Shown: positions 8,719-19,672 of the stretch, piece by piece | Layout: every line of letters begins with the position of its first letter | Position numbering within the stretch: the stretch's first letter is position 1 | Origin: Stenotrophomonas sp. | Lineage (GTDB): Bacteria; Pseudomonadota; Gammaproteobacteria; Xanthomonadales; Xanthomonadaceae | Assembly (NCBI RefSeq): GCF_036662295.1 | Contig: NZ_JAVWXA010000002.1 | Span: 23,446 to 87,445 of the forward strand | Direction of reading: 5' to 3' | Length of the DNA stretch: 64,000 nt | Made by a program: the position numbers and the translations under genes | The notes under the pieces: model-generated | Seen by the model: the letters and a program-made list of their open reading frames with translations, nothing else | The model's database searches: none | What the model was told of the DNA's origin: nothing

Positions 8719-8791
8719 CGAAGGTGACGCGTCTCTCTCTCGTGTTTTCTGTGGTTGCCGGCCAGCGGCCGGCACACCCTCATGGCGGTGA

Positions 8792-10228
8792 TCAGGCCTC
8801 GTAGGCCGATTCGCCGTGCGAGGTGACATCCAGGCCGGTGCGCTCGGCCTCTTCGGTCACGCGCAGGCCGAACACCAGGCGCACCACCAGCAGGATCGCC
8901 ACGGTGACCACCGCGCACCACACGATGGTGAAGCCCACGCTGACCAGCTGCACCCAGACCTGGTGGCCGATGTCCAGGTCGGCCTTGGTGCCGCCCAGCG
9001 ACTGCGCACTGAACACGCCGGTGAGGATCGCCCCGACGATGCCGCCGATGCCGTGCACGCCGAACACGTCGGCGGTGTCATCCACCTTGAGCAGGCGCTT
9101 GAGACCGGTCACGCCCCACACGCAGACCACGCCGGCGACCAGGCCGATCACGATCGCGCCCATCGGGCCGACCGTCCCGCATGCCGGGGTAATGCCGACC
9201 AGGCCGGCCACCGCGCCGGAGGCTGCGCCCAGTGCCGAGGGCTTGCCCTTGCTCACCGCCTCGACCAGCGTCCAGCCCAACACCGCCGCCGCCGTGGCCA
9301 GGATGGTGTTGATGAACGCCAGCGAGGCCACGGTATCGGCGGCCGCGGCCGAGCCGGCGTTGAAGCCGAACCAGCCCACCCACAGCAGCATCGCGCCGAT
9401 GTAGGTGAACGGCACGTTGTGCGGCTTCAGCGCGGTCTGGCCGTAGCCGATGCGCTTGCCGACGAAGTAGGCGCCCACCAGGCCGGCGACGCCGGCATTG
9501 ATGTGGACCACGGTGCCACCGGCAAAATCGATCGCGCCCATCTCGCCGAGATAGCCGCCGCCCCACACGATGTGGGCCATCGGGATGTAGCTCAGGGTGA
9601 ACCACAGCGCCGAGAACAGCAGCACCGCCTTGAACTTGATGCGCTCGGCGAACGCACCGACGATCAGCGCGGTGGTGATGCCGGCGAAGGTGGACTGGAA
9701 GGCCACGAACAGATAGTCGGGCAGGCCCTTGATCGGCGTGTTGCCCACCGAATCGGGCGCAAAGCCGCGCAGGAAGGCGAACTCGGTGAACGAGCCGAAG
9801 AACGCGTTGCCCTCGCTGAACACCGCGCTGTAGCCATAGGCCACCCACAGGATCAGCACCAGCGAGAACACCACCAGGATCTGGCTGAGAATGGACAGCA
9901 CGTTCTTGGAGCGCACCAGGCCGCCGTAGAACAGCGCCAACCCGGGCACCACCATCAGCAGCACCAGCAGGGTGGAGGTGAGCATCCAGGCCACGTCGCC
10001 GTGGTCGAAGGCCGGTGCGGCTACCGCCGTGGCCTCGACCGGGGCAGCGGCGGCGTCGGCCGCCACCGGCAGCGGCTCAACCAGCACCTCGGCCGATTCG
10101 GCCGGGGTGACCTGGGCCTGCGCATGCGCGGTGCCGGAGAACGCACCCACGGCCAACGCACTGAGCAGCATCATCAGGCACACGGCATGGAACCGGGCTT
10201 GCCACCCGGTGAAAAAAGAAGTCTTCAT
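8792..10228 (-). CDS. amtB: Ammonium transporter
   Basis: GLALFYGG, DFAGGTVVH, WVGWFGFNAGS, DVFGVHG motifs. Confidence 0.97.
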   Translation of the reverse strand: MKTSFFTGWQARFHAVCLMMLLSALAVGAFSGTAHAQAQVTPAESAEVLVEPLPVAADAAAAPVEATAVAAPAFDHGDVAWMLTSTLLVLLMVVPGLALFYGGLVRSKNVLSILSQILVVFSLVLILWVAYGYSAVFSEGNAFFGSFTEFAFLRGFAPDSVGNTPIKGLPDYLFVAFQSTFAGITTALIVGAFAERIKFKAVLLFSALWFTLSYIPMAHIVWGGGYLGEMGAIDFAGGTVVHINAGVAGLVGAYFVGKRIGYGQTALKPHNVPFTYIGAMLLWVGWFGFNAGSAAAADTVASLAFINTILATAAAVLGWTLVEAVSKGKPSALGAASGAVAGLVGITPACGTVGPMGAIVIGLVAGVVCVWGVTGLKRLLKVDDTADVFGVHGIGGIVGAILTGVFSAQSLGGTKADLDIGHQVWVQLVSVGFTIVWCAVVTVAILLVVRLVFGLRVTEEAERTGLDVTSHGESAYEA

Positions 10229-10246
10229 TGTGGGCTCCGAGTGGGG

Positions 10247-12311
<2,065 letters not shown>

Positions 12312-12350
12312 CGGTGAAACCCTCGGATGGATGATTGCGTAGGTACATAG

Positions 12351-12366
12351 AGCAATCGCCGTGCCA
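12351..12366 (-). promoter_or_regulatory. sigma54 (-24/-12) promoter of glnA
   Basis: Minus strand TGGCAC-GGCGA-TTGCT. Confidence 0.88.
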
Positions 12367-12430
12367 ATCGCGGGCGTCTCGCAAGTTGTTGATTTTTCAG
12401 GGCACCCAGCGGCGACGGGCGGGAACGGTG

Positions 12431-12476
12431 CGCACCACGATGGTGCAACGGCCGCACCACGCACACATTTGGTGCG
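12431..12476. promoter_or_regulatory. Tandem NtrC enhancer sites upstream of glnA
   Basis: CGCAC-CACGATG-GTGCA (12431-12447) and CGCAC-ACATTTG-GTGCG (12460-12476). Confidence 0.8.
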
Positions 12477-12532
12477 ACGTTTGATGTTTTATGCTCTACC
12501 GCGATTTCATCTCTTCCGAGCCACCGCCCCCG

Positions 12533-13327
12533 ATGTCCGACCTGCTCTCCGCCCTCCTGCTGGGCATCCTTGAAGGCCTCACCGAATTCCTGCCGATCTC
12601 CAGTACCGGCCACCTGCTGATCGCCCAGCACTGGCTGGGCGCGCGCTCGGACTTCTTCAACATCGTGATCCAGGCCGGCGCGATCCTGGCCATCACGCTG
12701 GTGTTCCGCCAGCGCCTGTGGTCGCTGGCCACCGGCCTGCACGACCGCGCCAACCGCGACTACGTGATGAAGCTGGGGGCCGCGTTCCTGGTCACCGCCA
12801 TCGTGGGCCTGCCGGTGCGCCTGGCCGGCTGGGAACTGCCGGAGACGGTCACGCCGGTGGCGTGGGCGCTGATCATCGGCGGGCTGTGGATGATCCTGGT
12901 GGAAACCTACAGCGCGCGCCTGCCCGACCGCGACGAGGTGACCTGGAAGGTCGCCATCCTGGTGGGCCTGGCGCAGGTGGTGGCCGGCGTCTTCCCGGGC
13001 ACCTCGCGCTCGGCGGCGGCGATCTTCATCGCCATGCTGTTCGGCCTGAGCCGCCGCGCGGCGGCCACCGAGTTCGTGTTCCTGGTCGGCATCCCGACCA
13101 TGTTCGCCGCCAGCGCCTATGCGTTCCTGGAGATGGCCAAGGACGGCAAGCTCGGCAACGAGAACTGGGGTGACGTGGGCGTGGCCTTCCTTGCCGCGGC
13201 CATCACCGGCTTCGTCGTAGTGAAGTGGCTGCTGGGCTACATCAAGTCGCACCGGTTCACCGCGTTTGCGTTCTACCGCATCGCGCTCGGCGCAGCCCTG
13301 CTGCTGTGGTTGCCTGCTGGCAACTGA
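12533..13327 (+). CDS. uppP: Undecaprenyl-diphosphate phosphatase (BacA)
   Basis: GILEGLTEFLPISSTGHL and FPGTSRS motifs. Confidence 0.96.
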   Translation: MSDLLSALLLGILEGLTEFLPISSTGHLLIAQHWLGARSDFFNIVIQAGAILAITLVFRQRLWSLATGLHDRANRDYVMKLGAAFLVTAIVGLPVRLAGWELPETVTPVAWALIIGGLWMILVETYSARLPDRDEVTWKVAILVGLAQVVAGVFPGTSRSAAAIFIAMLFGLSRRAAATEFVFLVGIPTMFAASAYAFLEMAKDGKLGNENWGDVGVAFLAAAITGFVVVKWLLGYIKSHRFTAFAFYRIALGAALLLWLPAGN

Positions 13328-13398
13328 ACACGGCCGGGCCGCGGCAACCCCGATGCCGCCCGTGCCGCGTTTTTCCCCGGGTTACCAAGGAGATGTCC

Positions 13399-14238
13399 AT
13401 GTACCGCACCCGCACCCTGATGCTGATCCTGCCGCTGGCCCTGATGGCCGCCTGCAGCAACCCGTCCGCCACGGCCCCGGCCGGCACCGGCCGCGATGAA
13501 CTGGCCCCCGCCCCGACCGCGGCCGCCGACCAGAAGGCCGCCGCGCAGTTGGACGTGCAGCGCCTGCAGGGCAACCACTGGCGGCTGGACAGCGCCACCG
13601 ATGCCAGCGGCAAGCGCGTGGATGCGCTGTTCGCGCGGGCCGACAAGCCGGTCACGCTGGACTTCAAGGACGGTCGCCTGTCGGTCAGCAACACCTGCAA
13701 CCGCATGGGCGGTGGTTACACGCTGGATGGCGGCACGCTGACGGTCTCGCCGATGGCCTCGACCATGATGGCCTGCACCGACAAGGCGCTGATGGCGCTG
13801 GACCAGGCCGTGGGCACGCGGCTGGAAGGCGCGCTCAAGGCCGAACTGGCCAACCAGGGCCAGCTGACCCTGCGCACCGCCGCCGGCGACGTGCTGGTGT
13901 TCACGCCCGAGCCGACCGCCGAGACCCGCTATGGCGGCGAAGGCGAAACGGTGTTCATCGAAGTGGCCGCACAGACCAAGCCGTGCTCGCACCCGATGAT
14001 TCCCAACATGCAGTGCCTGCAAACCCGTGAAGTGGCATTCGACGACAAGGGCCTCAAGCAGGGCACGCCGGGGGCGTTCGAGAATTTCTACGGCACGATC
14101 GAGGGTTACACCCACGAGGATGGCGTGCGCAACGTGGTGCGCGTGAAGCGCTACAAGATCGCCAACCCGCCGGCCGACGCGTCCTCGGTGGCGTATGTGC
14201 TGGACATGGTGGTCGAATCGGAGACGGTGGGTAAGTAA
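13399..14238 (+). CDS. META + DUF4377 domain lipoprotein
   Basis: Lipobox LMAAC; WRLDSA, SNTCNRMGGGY, ASTMMAC, IEGYTHEDG; RBS AAGGAG. Confidence 0.85.
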   Translation: MYRTRTLMLILPLALMAACSNPSATAPAGTGRDELAPAPTAAADQKAAAQLDVQRLQGNHWRLDSATDASGKRVDALFARADKPVTLDFKDGRLSVSNTCNRMGGGYTLDGGTLTVSPMASTMMACTDKALMALDQAVGTRLEGALKAELANQGQLTLRTAAGDVLVFTPEPTAETRYGGEGETVFIEVAAQTKPCSHPMIPNMQCLQTREVAFDDKGLKQGTPGAFENFYGTIEGYTHEDGVRNVVRVKRYKIANPPADASSVAYVLDMVVESETVGK

Positions 14239-14242
14239 TGGA

Positions 14243-14267
14243 GAAGGGCGGCCAATGGCCGCCCTTC
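14243..14267. terminator. Terminator-like hairpin between convergent genes
   Basis: GAAGGGCGGCC-AAT-GGCCGCCCTTC. Confidence 0.65.
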
Positions 14268-14268
14268 T

Positions 14269-14389
14269 TCATTACCGGGTAGTGCCGGCCGCTGGCCGGC
14301 TCCTCATTACCGGGTAGTGCCGGCCGCTGGCCGGCTCTTCATGCACCTTCGGGACGATATCCGAGGAGCCGGCCAGCGGCCGGCACTAC
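14269..14389. repeat. Cluster of three GTAG REPs (tandem 35-bp duplication plus an inverted copy)
   Basis: GTAGTGCCGGCCGCTGGCCGGC at 14279-14300 and 14314-14335, reverse-complement copy at 14368-14389. Confidence 0.9.
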
Positions 14390-14418
14390 CGGTGTGGGGC
14401 GATGCACCCGGTGAGGGT

Positions 14419-15030
14419 TTACGCCAGCGCCGGGTTCAACGTGTAGGTGCCGTGCAGCGCCGCTTCGGCCAGGACGTGGCCGTGCATGGCGCGGTGCAGG
14501 TCGGCGGCGGTGAACGGGGTGGGCAGCGTCAGCTGCGCCACGTCCAGGGCGAACACGCGGAAGAAATAGCGGTGCACGCGCTCGTCGTTGAACGGCGGGT
14601 ACGGGCCGTCGTAGCCCAGGTACTGCCCGGCCATGTCCGCATTGCCGGCAAACCAGCCGGTGAAATCGTTCAGGCCCTGGCGGCTGCCGGCGGGGCCGGC
14701 CGGTGCGGTCTTGCCCTTGACGGTGAAGCCCTCGCTGCAGCTGCCGGCCTCGATGGCCTGGACGCTGGCCGGGATGTCGGCCAGGGCCCAATGCACGAAG
14801 TCGGCACGCGGCTGGTCGCGCGGGATGCTGCAGTCGTGGCGACCGACCGTGGCCGCCACGGTGGGCACGTCCGGGTCCACGCACAGCAGCGCGAACGAAC
14901 GGGTGCCCTCGGGCACCTCGCTCCAGGCCAGGTGCGGGTTGCGGTTGGGGGCAAAGCCATTGGCATCGCCGGCGGCGAACTCGGCCGCGATCGGCTGGCC
15001 GTTGTGGAGGCTGTGACTGGTCAGGCGCAT
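14419..15030 (-). CDS. YbhB/YbcL family (PEBP/RKIP-like) protein
   Basis: NPHLAWS, CVDPDVP, FVHW, YDGPYPP, HRYFFRVFALD. Confidence 0.9.
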   Translation of the reverse strand: MRLTSHSLHNGQPIAAEFAAGDANGFAPNRNPHLAWSEVPEGTRSFALLCVDPDVPTVAATVGRHDCSIPRDQPRADFVHWALADIPASVQAIEAGSCSEGFTVKGKTAPAGPAGSRQGLNDFTGWFAGNADMAGQYLGYDGPYPPFNDERVHRYFFRVFALDVAQLTLPTPFTAADLHRAMHGHVLAEAALHGTYTLNPALA

Positions 15031-15038
15031 GGGAGTCC

Positions 15039-17108
15039 TTACTGTTCCGGGTAGCCAAGGCGGACGGCGACGGGGGTGAGCAGCGCGAAGGCCGGTGCCA
15101 TCAGCTCGCGATACAGGCGCCACTCGCCACTGGGCATGCGCGGCGGGCCCAGCGAGGCCGCCGGCGGGAAGCGCGTGCCGAACAGGTGGCCCAGGTGGGC
15201 CGCCATCACGGCCGGGTCGTTGCCGATGTCATCGATGCGCACCAGCGCGTGCGGGTACAGGTCCTGCTCGTGCAGGGTGGCCACCTGGGCCAGCGAGCGC
15301 GCCAGCCACTCGGCGGCTTCCTCCACCGAGGTCACCGCCAGCGGTGCCGGGGCGCCGTTGGCCAGCCAGTGCAGCAGCATGTCGCGCGGGTCGCGCAGCA
15401 CCACCAGCAGGCGCGCCTCGGGCAGCTGCGGGCGCAGCGCCCAGAGCAGCGCGTTGTCCCACCACAGCAGCCAGTCGATCAGGTTGGCGTCGGCCAGGCC
15501 GCGCGAGGGCAGCTGGGCGTGCCACTGTTCGACCAGCCGCTCGGGGCTGAGCTTGCCGGTCGAGAGGTCCTGCAGGGTGTGGTAACTCTGGAAGGCATCG
15601 TCGGGCGGGTTGGGACCGAAGCGGTCGCCGCGCAGCACCGGGCTGGCGGCGGCGATCGCGGCGATGACCCGCTCCACGCCCGAACCCGGCGCGCCCCACA
15701 CGAACATCGGGCGGGCGGTGTTGGCCGGGTCGATCGTGCCCATCTCCGGCCAGCTCAGCGGCGCCTTGGCCTGCGGCGGCAGCGGCAGGCGCTGGCCGGC
15801 CTCGGCCACGTGCAGGCCCACCCAGGTGCGCAGGGCGTCGGCGTGCTGGCCGGCGTCGTGCTGCACCGACCCCAGCCACGCGCGCAGCGTGGATTTGGCC
15901 TCGTCCTGGGCGGCGTCATGGATGCCCTGGACGTGGGCGACCGCAGCCGCCGGATCGCGCGCCATCAGCGCCTCGACGATGCGGGTTTCGCCACTGGCAC
16001 GGCCCGGTTCGAGGGCCACGATGCGGCGCGCGACCGCTTCGGCCGCGTCGTGCTCGCCGGCCATGTCATGCAGGCGCAGGCGCGTTTCCATCGCCGGCAG
16101 GTGCGCGGGCATGGCCTGCAGCCAGCGCTCGGCCACGGCAACGGCCTCGGCACTGCCCACCGCCTCGATCGACAGGCGGGCCAGCCACAGGTCGTGCAGC
16201 TGCGGATGGGTGTCCAGCAGCGCATCGAGGGTGTCGCGGGCCTGCTGCTCGCGCCCCAGGCGCTGCCAGGCCATCAACAGCATCTGCAGGGTCTGGCGGT
16301 CGGCCGGCCACTGCTCGAGCACCGGCAGCAGCTGTTCCAGCGCCTGCAACGGCTGCCCGGACTGCAGTTCCAGCTCGCCGGCCAGGCGGCGCATCGCCAG
16401 GGTATCGCCCTCGGGCAGGGCCAGGATCTGGCGCATGGCGGCCGCCGCGCCCTCGGTGTTGCCCTGGCGCAGGGCCAGCTGCACCAGCAGGGCGTGCAGC
16501 GAGGTCACCGCCGGGTTGAGGTCGAGCACGCGGCGGAAGGCCTGTTCGGCGAAGGCCAGCATGTCCTTGCCCAGGTAGGCGAAGCCGAGCGCGTACAACA
16601 CGCGCGCGTCGTTGGGCAGCGCCTGCGCGGCGGCCGACAGCAGCGCCACGGCGCGGTCACCCTCGCCACGGCGCAGGGCGATCATGCCGTTGAGCGCGGC
16701 CAGCTCGGGATGGTCTTCGGCCACGCGGCTGGCGGTGCGGGTAACCCGCTCGGCCTCGTCCACGTCGTTGCGGGCCAGCGCCATGTGCGCCTGCATCAGG
16801 TAGGCCGACAGCTCGTTGGGATTGAGCGTGGCGGTGCGGTCCAGTGCCGAGCCGGCGGCCTCGAACTGGCGCAGCGCCAGCAGCAGGCCGGCGTGCTGCA
16901 GGTGCAGGTCGGGGTTGTCCGGGGCCAGCGCCAGCGCCTGCTGCAGGCTGTCCAGGGCGGCATCGAACTGGCCCTGCTGCTGCAGCGAAAGCGCAAGCCA
17001 GCGGTGCGCCTGTGGCTGCGTCGGCTCGGCCTGGATCCACTCGCGGGCCAGCTGCGCGGCCTCATCGGCCGCGTTGCGGCGCAGGGCTTGGAGAATGGTG
17101 TCTTGCAT
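15039..17108 (-). CDS. TPR protein with degenerate sulfotransferase-like C-terminal domain
   Basis: Many TPR helices, then PMFVWGAPGSGVERV and LVVLRDPRD. Confidence 0.7.
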   Translation of the reverse strand: MQDTILQALRRNAADEAAQLAREWIQAEPTQPQAHRWLALSLQQQGQFDAALDSLQQALALAPDNPDLHLQHAGLLLALRQFEAAGSALDRTATLNPNELSAYLMQAHMALARNDVDEAERVTRTASRVAEDHPELAALNGMIALRRGEGDRAVALLSAAAQALPNDARVLYALGFAYLGKDMLAFAEQAFRRVLDLNPAVTSLHALLVQLALRQGNTEGAAAAMRQILALPEGDTLAMRRLAGELELQSGQPLQALEQLLPVLEQWPADRQTLQMLLMAWQRLGREQQARDTLDALLDTHPQLHDLWLARLSIEAVGSAEAVAVAERWLQAMPAHLPAMETRLRLHDMAGEHDAAEAVARRIVALEPGRASGETRIVEALMARDPAAAVAHVQGIHDAAQDEAKSTLRAWLGSVQHDAGQHADALRTWVGLHVAEAGQRLPLPPQAKAPLSWPEMGTIDPANTARPMFVWGAPGSGVERVIAAIAAASPVLRGDRFGPNPPDDAFQSYHTLQDLSTGKLSPERLVEQWHAQLPSRGLADANLIDWLLWWDNALLWALRPQLPEARLLVVLRDPRDMLLHWLANGAPAPLAVTSVEEAAEWLARSLAQVATLHEQDLYPHALVRIDDIGNDPAVMAAHLGHLFGTRFPPAASLGPPRMPSGEWRLYRELMAPAFALLTPVAVRLGYPEQ

Positions 17109-17189
17109 GACGGTCCAGCGTGCGGTCAAACCCCGATTGTAGAGCACCACGCGCGCCGCACCGTGGCATGACGCCGCCGGCGCGGGCGG

Positions 17190-18182
17190 TCAGCGCAGGG
17201 CTTCCACGCGCAGCCGCTGGGCCACCCAGCGCTCGGAGAAGCCATCGCCGCGCCAGTTTTCCAGGAAGCCGCAATGGCCGCCCCACGGGGCGATCTCCAG
17301 GTGGGCATGGGCCGGCAGGCGCCAGCCGTTGAACGTGGCGAAGGGGATCACCGGGTCGTCCTGGGCCATGAGGATGTCGGCGGGGATGGTCAGCCCGGCC
17401 AGGCGGTCCCCGGCAATCGAGTAACCGTCGAAGTAGGCCTGCAGCGAGCCGAAATCGGTGTGGTGCTCCACCAGCCAGGCGGTCAGCGCACGGATGTCCA
17501 GCTTGAGCACGCGGTCGTCCCAGTCGCTCAGCTCGGGGAACAGGTCGCGCTTGCGGCGCAGCGAGCCGGCCCACTTGCGGCGGAAGTACCAGTCGTACAT
17601 GGCCGGGCCGTTCTCGATGCTCTCCATGGTGATGGCCGGGTCCAGCACCGGGCACACCGAGGCCACCCGGCGCAGCGGCACCCCGGCCGAGGGCGCGCGC
17701 AGGGCCAGGCGCAGCACGAAGTTGCCACCCAGCGAATAGCCGGCCGCCACCAGCGGCAGCTGCGGCCAGCGCCGGGCGATGTCGCCGGCGGCGTGCACCA
17801 CTTCGTCGATGCGGTTGGAGTGGAAGATGCCCGGGTTGAGGTGGTGGGTGTTGCCGTGGTCGCGGAAGTTCAGCCGCACCACGTCATAGCCTTCCTCGAG
17901 CATGCGCGCGGCGGTCATGCGCATGTAGCTGGACTCGGCGCTGCCCTCCCAGCCATGCAGCAGCAGCGCCATGCCGATCGGCGCGCGGCCCTCCACGTGG
18001 CTGTGCCAACCCTGCAGGCGCACGCCCTGGCCACCGTCGAGGATGACCTCCTCGGTGATCGCGCCAGTGGCGGCAAGCAGGGTCAGGCCGCGCTGCATGC
18101 GCATGCGGCTTGAGCTGAGCATCGACTGCAGGTGCGGATTGCGCAGCCAGCGCGGCGGGCGGTAATCGGCAGCGGTCAACAT
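17190..18182 (-). CDS. YheT-family alpha/beta hydrolase
   Basis: NPHLQS, LLHGWEGS, GYSLGG nucleophile, DDPVIP, GGHCGF. Confidence 0.9.
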   Translation of the reverse strand: MLTAADYRPPRWLRNPHLQSMLSSSRMRMQRGLTLLAATGAITEEVILDGGQGVRLQGWHSHVEGRAPIGMALLLHGWEGSAESSYMRMTAARMLEEGYDVVRLNFRDHGNTHHLNPGIFHSNRIDEVVHAAGDIARRWPQLPLVAAGYSLGGNFVLRLALRAPSAGVPLRRVASVCPVLDPAITMESIENGPAMYDWYFRRKWAGSLRRKRDLFPELSDWDDRVLKLDIRALTAWLVEHHTDFGSLQAYFDGYSIAGDRLAGLTIPADILMAQDDPVIPFATFNGWRLPAHAHLEIAPWGGHCGFLENWRGDGFSERWVAQRLRVEALR

Positions 18183-18235
18183 GGGCGGCAGCCTGCTCCC
18201 GGTAGCGACGCTGGCGCGTGAAGGGCCGCCATCCA

Positions 18236-19027
18236 CTACTCGGCGGACATCGCCGCCAGGATGCGCGCGCGCGAGGTTTCGGCGATGCGGCGACGGCCTT
18301 CCAGGTCGTGGGTCCCGATCGGCGCCAGGAAATGCACCTCGGCGCGACGTGCCGGCTCACCGAGCAGGCGCAGGAAATTGGCGAAGAAGCTCTCGCGCGG
18401 ACCGAAGGCGACGATGGTCTGGGCATCGCCGCGCCAGCCGTAGCGCAGCGCCACCGGCTGCACCGGGACCTGGGCCTCGACGGCGGCCTGGAAGATGCGC
18501 GCATGGAACGGGCCCACTTCCTCACCGCCACGGGTGCGTCCTTCGGGGAACACGCCCACCGCCTTGCCTTCGCGCAGGCGCTCGATCATCTGCTGGGTGA
18601 CCCCATCCAGCGATTCGGTGCTGCCGCGCTGGTGGAAGATGGTCTGCCCACGCGCGGCCAGCCAACCCACCACCGGCCAGCTGGCGATCTCGCGCTTGGC
18701 CACGAAGCCCATCATGCGCTGGCTGTGCAGCACGGAGATGTCCACCCAGCTGACGTGATTGGCAACGAACAGCACCGCGCCCGGCAACGGCGTGCCGATG
18801 CGGGTGAGGCGGAAACCGAATATCCACATCAGCGCACCGGACCAGGCATTCACCGCGGCGTGCTCGAACAGGCGCGAGCCCACGCGCATGCGTCCCCATG
18901 GCGGCAGCATGGCGATCAGCAACATCGGCAGGAACAGCAACAGGTGGACCAGCAGCAGCGGTACGCGGTACAGGTAACGGCACACACGCGCCACGCCGCC
19001 ACGTGAGGCCGGGGTGGGGGAATTCAT
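18236..19027 (-). CDS. Lysophospholipid acyltransferase (PlsC-like)
   Basis: NHVSWVD (HX4D) and FPEGRT motifs. Confidence 0.9.
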   Translation of the reverse strand: MNSPTPASRGGVARVCRYLYRVPLLLVHLLLFLPMLLIAMLPPWGRMRVGSRLFEHAAVNAWSGALMWIFGFRLTRIGTPLPGAVLFVANHVSWVDISVLHSQRMMGFVAKREIASWPVVGWLAARGQTIFHQRGSTESLDGVTQQMIERLREGKAVGVFPEGRTRGGEEVGPFHARIFQAAVEAQVPVQPVALRYGWRGDAQTIVAFGPRESFFANFLRLLGEPARRAEVHFLAPIGTHDLEGRRRIAETSRARILAAMSAE

Positions 19028-19208
19028 CCGCGCACGATACGCGAGCGTGACGGGGTCTGCCAGCCGGAAACGGACAAATCGATGGCAAGCCACGGCCAGC
19101 CGCCGCAGGCGGTCAAGCCACCGCCCGGCAACGGCACAGCCGGCCCGGTCACAGTGCGCCGGCGCACTGTGGCGGCCGGCGCAACACAGCATCCACGCCG
19201 TGGCGCGG

Positions 19209-19646
19209 TCAGCCCGGGACGACGGCCGGGACCACCGCCAGGGTGAGCCGCGAGGTGCAGACCAGGCGGCCGGCTTCGTCTTCGATGCGGATGTCCCAGA
19301 CGTGGGTGCTGCGCCCGACATGCACCGCCCGCGCGGTGCCGGTGACCACCCCGCCGCGGACGGCGCGGATGTGGTTGGCGTTGATCTCCAGGCCCACGCA
19401 GACCTTCTCGCGGGTATCCACGCACAGGTTGCCGGCGCTGCTGCCGAGCGTCTCGGCCAGCACCACCGAGGCGCCGCCATGCAGGATGCCGTACGGCTGG
19501 CGGGTGCGCGGGTCGACCGGCATGGTGGCGCTGACCCAGTCCTCGCCGGCGGCGGTGAAGACGATGCCCAGGTGCTCGATCAGGGTGTTGCGGCTGAGTG
19601 CGTTGAGCGCCGGGATCGACACCGCTTCGCGGAATACCTGGGCCAT
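19209..19646 (-). CDS. Hotdog-fold thioesterase (PaaI/MenI-like)
   Basis: QPYGILHGGASVVLAETLGS, GLEINANH. Confidence 0.92.
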   Translation of the reverse strand: MAQVFREAVSIPALNALSRNTLIEHLGIVFTAAGEDWVSATMPVDPRTRQPYGILHGGASVVLAETLGSSAGNLCVDTREKVCVGLEINANHIRAVRGGVVTGTARAVHVGRSTHVWDIRIEDEAGRLVCTSRLTLAVVPAVVPG

Positions 19647-19672
19647 GCGGGGTCTCCATGCGTGGAAGGGCG

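Noticed and set aside
14269-14389. 35-bp repeats as CRISPR or IS ends
   Set aside because: No unique spacers and no transposase; they match GTAG-type REP elements
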